A stretch of DNA of 25,780 nucleotides from Piromyces finnis finn (Eukaryota; Fungi; Neocallimastigomycota). Below, in pieces: positions 1 to 13,199 of the stretch. Position 1 is the stretch's first letter; each line of letters starts with the position of its first letter. Where the stretch lies: positions 1 through 25,780 of the forward strand of contig MCFH01000144.1 of assembly GCA_002104945.1 (NCBI GenBank), in the 5' to 3' direction. The notes beneath the pieces were generated by a model that searched no databases, had not been told where the DNA came from, and saw nothing but the letters and a program-made list of their open reading frames with translations. A program made the translations under genes and the position numbers.

Positions 1-100
1 ACTAGAATTAGTCAAGTTTATTTACCATATGCTTGTAAATTATTATTCCAAGAACTTATGTCAATGAATATTGCTCCAATGATGGTTGGTTATGTAAAAA
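1..100 (+). other. RPB2: Inverted copy of the RPB2 C-terminal coding end (left arm of the fold-back)
   Basis: Frame 1 reads [26 protein letters not shown]. Confidence 0.9.
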
Positions 101-1269
101 AAGTGAAACAAAAAATTATTTACCATATCATCATAATTTTTTTAAAAAATATTAAACTAATCATTATACAAATAAAACCAATTATCACTTAAGAGAAAAA
201 TTACTATTTAAAAGGGAAAAAAAAAAAAAAGCAATTAGATATTAGTTTTATATTAATAATAATAGCATCATTAAGAAAGAAAATATACATATACACAAAC
301 ATTAACAAAACCATTTTTATTTTCATTTCATAAAACAATATATCCAATATATATAGATAGATATATGTCATTTTAGATAATAACTAAATGAAGTGAATTT
401 TTTTTCTTACATCATATATCTATTTATATAGAGTATTATTATAGTTTTATTTATTAAATTTGTAATTAATTCATACATAAAAAACACCACACACCACAAA
501 AAAAACGAACAATTTTTTTAATTTTATTATTATATTATTATTTTATTTTTTTAAACTTTTATAGTATATAATTTTTTTTTTAAAAAAATTTTTTTATTTT
601 TTCTTTATTTTATTAACTTTTTATTTTTTTATTTTTTTTTTTTTTTATTTATTTTAATAATATAAAATTCTTAAAAATAATTTTTTTTTTAAATTAAATT
701 AAAAAAGAACATATAAATCAATGATAAAAAAAAATAGTAAATGAAATAACAAAAGTTAATAAAAATTAAAGAATAAAATAAAAAAAATTTTTTTAAAAAA
801 AAAATTATATACTATAAAAAAGTTAAAAAATATAAAATAATAATAATAATAATAAAAATTAAAAAAATTGTTCGTTTTTTTTGTGTGTGTGTTGTTTTTA
901 TGTATGAATTAATTACAAATTTAATAAATAAAACTATAAAATACTCTATATAAATAGATATATGATGTAAGAAAAAAAAATTCACCTTTCATTTAGTTAT
1001 TATCTAAAAATGACATATATCTATATATATATATTGGTATATATTGTTTATGAAATGAAAATAAAAATGGTTTTGTTAATGTTGTGTATAGTATATTTTT
1101 TTCTTAATGATGCTATTATTATTAATATAAAAAACTAATATCTAATTGCTTTTTTTTTTTTTCCCTTTTAAATAGTAATTTTCTCTTTAGTGATAATTGG
1201 TTTTATTTGTATATATGATTAGTTTAATATTTTTAAAAAATTGATGATAATGGTAAATAATTTTTTGTT

Positions 1270-5785
<4,516 letters not shown>

Positions 5786-5879
5786 TTTTATTTCTATTAT
5801 TTTATAATAAAAACAATTTTTTTTTTAAAAAAATAAAATAATAAAAAATAAAATTCAAATGGAAAGTAATCAATAATGT

Positions 5880-5914
<35 letters not shown>

Positions 5915-7256
5915 TAAAAATAAAAATTTAAATATGAACAATTAATAGAAATTATCTTTTTATTTTTTTATATAATTCTTTAATATCTTAAAATATTATT
6001 GGCTGGTCAAACCATATATTATTAATATATTATGGAATTTTTAAATATTTTTTTATATAAAATAAATAACTTTTTTACAATTAAATAGAAATAAAGAAAA
6101 TGAATTAGAATGGAATAAATATACAAATATTTCACTAATAATATTAATAGGTATTATAAATATTATGTTTTTAAATAAATATATGCTTAACATTTATCTA
6201 TTTATTATTAATAGCAATATTATTATTTTTAAAAATAAATTAATTAATAAATAAAAATAAATAAATTCGAAACAGTTACAATTACAATATCCCAATTAAC
6301 AGCTTTTTAAAATCTACAATTTAAAATATCACAATAAAATGTATTTTTTTTTAAATAAAATTCTCTATCCAGTAGTTAAATGTTTTTCATGTTCTTTAGA
6401 TGTTCTTTTTTCCTAGTAATTTTAATTATTTTTATTATTTTAGATAAAATAATTGATCAATAACTTTATATCTTCTGTCATAAAGGAATTCAAAAATTTA
6501 ATACTTTATTAGATTCATTTAAATTCTTAATTATAACAATATAGCTGAACTTAGGAAACCTTGTATGTTTCTTTATATAATAGCATTTAATCTTTAATTT
6601 TATTTATATTGTTCTATGAAGACTCTATATATGTACTTTATGTACTTTTTAGTTTAATTGAAAATAAATATTTTCGAATCCATAAATTTGTTAATTCAAT
6701 AAAGGTAAAAATTTGCTATATATAATAGATAGTAGATATTTTTGAACTTTCTATTAAATGAACAAACAATGGCATTAATAGTTCTACGTGCAACTAACTA
6801 CTAATAATATAATCAGAAATTCTTTTAATTTCTGAAGTATTATAATTTTCATAAGAAAATGACAATAAAAGTAAATGAAAAAATAATATTGTTACTTAAA
6901 GGTTATATTAATATCGGTCACACTTCCTAGTTCCTTTTCTATTATGAATATTATTTTAAATTTATGATTTAAATAGCATTATAAATAATCAATAAATATT
7001 ATTAATTTCTCCAATAAAGTTGTAATATATAAATTAATATAAATTCGAATTGGTAAAGGATTTAATTTTGTTATATCTATATTTAAACCGAAACATATAT
7101 ATTATTTCTATTTTAAAACGAAATTTCTCGAATTAAATTATTAATAATAATATATACATTTATATATAAAGAGAAGGCAATATAGATGGATTAGAAATAA
7201 TACTTTTAAGTTATGAAAAATTTTGTTAATAAACTTTATAAATTTTTTGTTAAAAC

Positions 7257-7646
7257 TTAATTATTAATAAATTTGTTAGAAAATCTCAAATTTTAATATA
7301 AATTTTATTAATTAGTAAAATGTAGTTAACATAATGTAATGTATTGATAATGTATGTACTTTAGTATTAGATTTAAGTATAAATACAAAATGTAATTGTT
7401 AATTAAAATTTTAAATAAATTGTTAATAAATTATCATAATAAAGTAAATATTAATTATTAATAAAATTTGTTAATCAAATTTTAATATAAATTTATTAAT
7501 TAGTAAAATGTAGTTAACATAATGTAATGTATTGATAATGTATATACTTTGGTATAAGCCATGGATTTTAGTATAAATACAAAAATGTAATTGTTAATTA
7601 AATCTTTGTAATAAATTATTAATAAATTACCATAATAAAGTACATA
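7257..7646. repeat. Tandem duplication, 2 copies of a ~194-bp AT-rich unit
   Basis: Both copies (from 7257 and 7451) contain attagtaaaatgtagttaacataatgtaatgtattgataatgtat and gtataaatacaaaa(a)tgtaattgttaattaaa. Confidence 0.9.
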
Positions 7647-7669
7647 ATAAAAAACAAAAAATTCTAACA

Positions 7670-7915
7670 GATTAGAGTCTCAGCTGGCTCAACGAAATAA
7701 TATATAATAAAATGCCGGAATTTGTATTAAGCGAAAAAAGATAAACTACAAGGCAGCTCCAATTTTGACATATGTGTACTGCACAATTGAAAGCTATTAA
7801 AAGGCCAAACAACTTGGTGGTTATATTAAGAATAACTATAAAACATTCAAAAGAACCAAATAAATTCGGACCAAATGATGCCCTTGCAGGAATTGCAACA
7901 ACGCGAGAGACTCAG
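7670..7915 (+). pseudogene. Possible Ty1/copia-type gag N-terminal relic
   Basis: With frameshifts, ATG 7712 gives MPEFVLSEK-DKLQGSSNFDI(W)...IESY.KAKQLGGYIKN...NDALA, resembling the copia gag start KL.G.NY..W......L.A..L.GY. It is preceded by ...TAACA and a degenerate match (GATTAGAGTCTCAGC) to a half-tRNAiMet-type PBS. Weak. Confidence 0.35.
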
Positions 7916-8235
7916 GTTAACACAACACTAACTAACTATTGTTTGTATTAATAGTATATCTTATTAATAATTTTATTATTTAATATTATTAATACAAATT
8001 AACCTTAATACTAATTCTAAAGACTAAATTTACATGAATTTTATTAATTATTTTTATATTTACGATTTATAAATATTCTTATTTAATAATTATGAATAAA
8101 CATCATTCATATTGATTGGTAACTTCAATTATTTAAATAAAAAAGAAGAAATAGAAATAGACAAATATTATGGATTACATATAGCAATCGCTATATTTAA
8201 TCCACAATATAGAGAACCCAGTGTCACATGACAAG

Positions 8236-8846
8236 TGTAAAGTCAGACACTAAACCGAATAGATTAGGATATCTAACCTATTACAATAACAACATAAATA
8301 AATATGTTTTATAAAGAATAGTTTATTTTTATTAATTTATTGTAATAAAATTGTTAATAACAATTACATCGATAAAATGATGAAAAATATCTTCTATTTA
8401 TATTTTTCCTAAATACATTTATATTATATTATAACTATTTATTTCTTATATATTATTATTTAAATCTACACTAAATCTTAATTATTAATAAATATTTAAA
8501 CTATAACTATTTTTAGTAAAATACAATTGGCAATTCAAATTAAGTACTATTCAATTTGAATATGTGCCCATGTATTATTGATATATTAATCATTTATTAT
8601 TATATATTAGTTATCTATTTCTATGAAAAAACAATACTAAAACTAGGGATTTAAATGAGAATTTTAATTTACTTGTTAAACATTAAAAATAAATTAATAA
8701 TTTATTTTGTTTTAAACTTTAATCATTAATAAATAAATTATGTCTCATTTTCTTTTTCTGTAATATAATTTGTGTAACTTAAACAATAATACTAGTGGCT
8801 TAAGTTACATTAAAGATATCAAGCTGAGGTGTTTGCTATCTTTATA
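8236..8846. mobile_element. Solo LTR-like element, family B (611 bp), inserted in the LTR of element A
   Basis: Termini TGTAAAG...CTTTATA (CTTTACA in the related copies), flanked by the 5-bp TSD ACAAG (8231-8235 and 8847-8851). Homologous pieces occur at 9778-10438. Confidence 0.8.
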
Positions 8847-8921
8847 ACAAGTAGGTCAGCGTCCAACAACCTGACGGTGAAGCCAGCTTGGGGAAAAGGT
8901 ACAAAATCTATATACGTTACA
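8847..8921 (-). mobile_element. Start of the 3' LTR of chromovirus A (interrupted by solo LTR B; the rest lies left of 8236, end not defined)
   Basis: On the minus strand, TGTAACG follows the purine tract AGAAGGAGGACA directly after the pol stop codon. Confidence 0.8.
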
Positions 8922-8932
8922 ATGTCCTCCTT

Positions 8933-9777
8933 CTAATGTCGGATTCCAGACGACATTGAGTGTGGTTTGTCTGGAAACTTTTTGTGGAAAGCCTTCAGTA
9001 ACTCGGGGACATGTATGTCTTCTATGTTTTCCCATGAACGATCTTCAGCAGAATATCCTTTCCAATCAACAAGATACTGAAGTACTCCGATGTTAATTTT
9101 ATAATCCAATATTTCATTTACTTCATACTCTAGTTCATCGTTACTAAAATGGAGGCGGCTTTTGAATGTCTCGGTTTTCAAAGGTATTCTCAATATAGGG
9201 CTCAAGATTGGATATATAGAAAATGGGGTGTCTTCGGTCTCGTTTGGATGGTTTTAACTTGAAATTTTGATTTTCCAAGCATTCAATAATTTCTTCACAT
9301 TGTTTTCCTTTGGGATAGAGTAACTATACTTGTCACCTACATTTAAATTGGGAATCTCTTGTCTTTTCCTATCAGCATATTCTTTAAATTTTTCTTGGGC
9401 TTCTTTCATATTTTCCTTTAGTTTGTCAAGTGCATACCAATGTCACATACAACTTTCTCCGCTTCTGGAACTAAAGATATTATTGGAAGGTCAATTAAAA
9501 ATTCTGGATCATACTTTAAATTAGCCATGAAAGGTGACATTTTAATGGATTCCTGAATAGCATTGTCATAGGCAAATTTGCGAGTGAGATATACGAACTC
9601 CAGTCAGAAACACCTGAATACTGTTCAATTATACTATTAAGTCTTTCTGTTTGCCCATCAGTCTGTTGGTGATGAGCAATTGAGAGTTTGGATTCACAGT
9701 GAAGCAGCTTACAAAAATGTTGGAAGAATTGGAATTAAATTGTCTACCGCGATCTAATATAATTTCCTTTGGAATAC
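8933..9777 (-). pseudogene. pol: Ty3/gypsy chromovirus A: integrase core C-terminal part plus chromodomain, 5'-truncated by a family B insertion
   Basis: GIPKEIILDRGRQFNS...HHQQTDGQTERLNS (integrase) and EYEVNEILDYK...QYLVDWKGYSAEDRSWE (chromodomain; ORF 8933-9205). Confidence 0.9.
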
Positions 9778-10438
9778 TGTAAAGATATCAAACGCCAAAG
9801 ATTTATATCTTTAATGTAACTGTTATGTTGAACACTGGAAGAATAGATTAGGATATCTATTCTATTACAATAAAACTAAAATTTTAAAATAAAATAAAAA
9901 ATTGTTTTATAAAATGTCTTTTATTATAATAGAATTTTAATAATAACAATTACATTGATAAAATGATAAAAAATATCTTCTATTTATATTTTCCTAAATA
10001 CATTTATATTATATATAACTATTTATTTAAAATATATTATTTAAAACCTACACTAAAATCTTAATTATTAATAAAATATTTAAACTATAACTATTGTAAA
10101 GATATCAAACGCCTCTGTTTGATATCTTTAATGTAACTTAAGCCACAAGTATTATTGTTTAAGTTACACAAATTATATTCAGAAAAAGAAAATGAGACAT
10201 AATTTATTTATTAATAATTAAAGTTTAAAACAAAATAAATTATTAGTTTATTTTAATGTTTAACAAGTAAATTAATATCTCAATTTAAATCCCTAGTTTT
10301 AGTATTGTTTTTTATAGAAATAAATAAATAATAAATGATTAATATATCAATAATACATGGGCACATATTCAAATTGAATAGTACTTAATTTGAATTGCCA
10401 ATTGTATTTACTAAAAATAGTTATAGTTTAAATATTTA
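9778..10438. mobile_element. Three abutting fragments of family B LTR in alternating orientation (9778-9822, ~9823-10093, 10094-10438)
   Basis: 9840-10093 is a direct repeat of ~8256-8510. 10094-10438 is the reverse complement of ~8490-8846. 9778-9822 repeats the same terminus TGTAAAGATATCAAACGCC. Confidence 0.85.
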
Positions 10439-10946
10439 TGTAACGTGTATCTATATAAAATTTACTAATATATGAATTCATAAAATTTATATAGAAAAAT
10501 ATATTATTCCCTATAGGTGATATAATTTGTTTAATTTTATTAGAAATTGTTTTATTAATAATTATTTTTATTTTAAAAATTAAAGTTACAAGTTAATAAA
10601 AACACACCATTTAATTTTTGATTCAAACCACTTCTATTTATACTTTTCTAAATCTGAAGTGGCTAAATAAAAAATTCAATTTTCTTTCGAAATTATCTTT
10701 AAATTAATTAAAAATTACATAAAATGAATCCCGTGATAAAAATACAATAAATATTTAATTTTTCGAATATTCGAACTTATCTTTTTTCGAATAAGTTCTA
10801 TAAGTTTCTATAAGTCATAAATTAAATTGTTAAATAAATAATTTAAAATAAAATTTAGATCAGGGTGTGAGTCGAACCCGAGTGATCTATATTGATGTCT
10901 TAAATACTAACCATTAAGACAAATTAATTCTAATAGATTCGTTACA
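10439..10946 (-). repeat. 3' LTR of element C
   Basis: TGTAACG...CGTTACA termini; direct repeat of 22035-22548; preceded on the minus strand by PPT GGGGAGGACCA. Confidence 0.95.
10868..10921 (-). promoter_or_regulatory. Pol III type-2 promoter-like A box (10921-10911) and B box (10878-10868) in U3 of LTR C
   Basis: TGTCTTAATGG + 32 nt + GGTTCGACTCA; each box matches 10/11 to TRGCNNARYGG / RGTTCGANNCC. Confidence 0.6.
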
Positions 10947-11127
10947 TGGTCCTCCCCAGGATTCGGATACCAGACGAATCTTTGGATTCATTTATGTTTT
11001 ATTAAATAATTTTTTTTTAAACTAATAACTACTATATAATTAACTATACTAATTGAATTACAATAAAAAAAAAAAATTTTTTTTCATATATACATTGATA
11101 TTAAATACATGTTATAGTAAGTTTAAA

Positions 11128-11158
<31 letters not shown>

Positions 11159-11199
11159 ATAAAATTAAAAATAAAATTAAAATAAATTAAAATAAAGTT

Positions 11200-11272
11200 T
11201 CTGTTAGAATCATTTCTTTTCGTTAAATTCCTTAAGTAGCTCTGGACATTCAAATTATTTTCTGGCTCCCAG
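11200..11272 (-). pseudogene. pol: C-terminal tail of the element C chromodomain
   Basis: The minus strand reads WEPENNLNCPELLKEFNEK, continuing ...[12 protein letters not shown] from 17686. Confidence 0.9.
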
Positions 11273-11301
11273 TGTAACGAATATATAATAAAACACACAC
11301 A

Positions 11302-11693
11302 TGTAACGATATAGAGAAATTAGTAACCTGTCTTAGTGGTTAGTAACTAAGACCTTGGTTTGAACTACTCGAGTTCGAAACCTCATTAATATTTTTTTTA
11401 ATTATAAAATATTTTATAACGAAATTTTACCAAAGAAGATAATTCTGATTGGCTTAAAAATTAAGTTGTAAAATTTTTATAAATTTACTTTTAAAAACAT
11501 TATATAAATACGAGTGAAATTCTCAAAAATATTGGGAATTCGAGTTTTTATTAACAAAGAATTTTATAATAAAAATAAAATTATAAACACTAACCTGTTA
11601 TAATTTGTTAAGTGTTCAATAATAAAATTTTATTTGCTTTTTTATTTTCCTTTTTATATATTGTGTTTTATTTATTGAACATTAGTCTTTACA
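11302..11693 (+). repeat. 5' LTR of element D
   Basis: Direct repeat of 16951-17346, differing mostly by small indels; TATAAATA at ~11503-11510. Confidence 0.95.
11329..11399 (+). promoter_or_regulatory. Pol III type-2 promoter-like A box (11329-11339), B box (11372-11382) and T8 terminator (11392-11399) in LTR D
   Basis: TGTCTTAGTGG + 32 nt + AGTTCGAAACC + 9 nt + T8. Confidence 0.65.
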
Positions 11694-12368
11694 AAAAAAC
11701 TCCTAAAATATATAAAACACCTTAGTGTTTAAAAAAGGAAGAATTTTAATTTATTAAAAAATTAAGTAAGTCAGTGAAGCTATTTAACAATAAGGTACTG
11801 AAAACAAAGTAAAACCCACAGTTATTATAAGGGAGCGCCAGGACGCTTAATTTAATAATAAAGAAAAATTCATTTTCTAAATAAAACGTTTCTACTTTTA
11901 ATAAATAAAATTAAATTTATTTATTATTTTTGAAAAAATATTAAAATAACAAAGAAGTTAGGATTCAATACCTCCCTAGCGTGGATAGTTGGACACCTAT
12001 ACGTAATACTTTGTTGTTTAGATATTATTAAATCGGGGAATAAACCTATTTTTTTCTTTCCGCTAATAAGTAAGTGACAATAAAGAACTAATACCGTTAA
12101 TTCCTTTATTGAAAATTTCATTTCCAATATTAACAATTGATAATATCTACGTTATAACAAAGAGCTACAAGGGACCTAGTATGAATACTAATAAAATTAA
12201 ATATTGATGGTCCAATACTATTTAATTTGACTCTTTGTCTATATTTAAATATTTTAATCAATAAATAATAATAAAGATTTAATTTTTTTTTCTTTCTTAA
12301 TTTCTTCAAACATAACTTTATCTTATTTACATAATTTTTATTTTCAAACAATTATATTTTTTAATTTA

Positions 12369-13100
12369 ATGGAAGGACAAATATTTGATACGCCTCACTA
12401 AAAGACGTTTCGCAGGAGACAGAAAATATCTCAAAGGTTCTTAGCCAAAATAGAACTTGTTTTTCTCCTTTATCCCGAAAGATATCAAGATGAAGAGAGC
12501 AAGGTTATCTACCTGATTTCTCGCCTTTATGGAAATGCATTAAATTGGGCCGCTACGCTTATTGACAACCATGATCCATGTCTGACCCAACTACCAAGCA
12601 TTCAAGGAAAGACTAAAGGCATTCTACGGGAACAATGATGCAGTCTACGTAGCCAATCAAATGCTACGTACTCTCAAGCAACATCGTTTGGGCGGCATCA
12701 GAGGATACATCCTTGAATTTAACAAATACTCTGATGAATCTAACTGGAATGAAGAGGCTAAGATGGATGCTTTTATCGCTGGGCCTCAACCAAGAAGTTG
12801 CAATGAAGATATTAGAGATGTTCCCAGGACCAAGAGATTTGTTTTCCCTCCAAACTATTGCAGCTAGAATAGACTCCAGACTTGCTACCAGGGATTATTT
12901 TTGACAAAAATACTAAGGGACCAAGTTCTAATTCCAGCAATGGCTCCAGAAAGGCTTCCACAAATCTAAAAGAAATCCCAAGAAGAAAAGATACTTTGGT
13001 CCGTTATCCAAGGAAGAAAAAGAAAGAAGAAGTAAGGAAAACTTATGTGTCTATTGTGGATCTCCAGGACACCAACTGAAAGATTGTCATAAGAGAAGAA
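12369..13100 (+). CDS. gag: Element D Gag (sushi/PEG10-like capsid plus CCHC zinc knuckle), frameshifted in this assembly
   Basis: FLAKIELVFLLYPERYQDEESKVIYLISRLYGNALNWAATL...; knuckle CVYCGSPGHQLKDC at ~13045-13090; homologous to C gag. Confidence 0.9.
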
Positions 13101-13199
13101 ATAAAAACTCAGCATTCGAATCTTTAGTTTCTCTACAAAATAATTCTACCAATTCCAAGAAAAATCAACAAGATAGGGTAACCTCAAATTTTAAATTAT

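Noticed and set aside
626-750. Sequencing adapter at the centre of the fold-back
   Set aside because: No recognisable adapter sequence; the artefact interpretation rests on geometry and the indel pattern only.
6360-6940. Possible decayed minus-strand ORF (RRTINAIVCSFNRKF, faintly like a MULE transposase C-terminal motif)
   Set aside because: One short motif among many stops and frameshifts; not supportable without a profile search.
11322-11395. tRNA gene inside the LTRs of D and C
   Set aside because: A and B boxes are present, but I could not form an acceptor stem, D arm or anticodon arm. Reported as a Pol III-like unit instead.
11834-11848. Kissing interaction between leader loop CCAGGA and TCCTGG before the PPT of D
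   Set aside because: A 6-nt match only, and no counterpart in the leader of C, which has the same TCCTGG.
12150-12220. Group I intron R/S-like motifs (AAAGAGCTAC...ATGGTCC) or a hammerhead core in the D/F leaders
   Set aside because: No correct P7 pairing and no CTGANGA...GAAA core with flanking stems.
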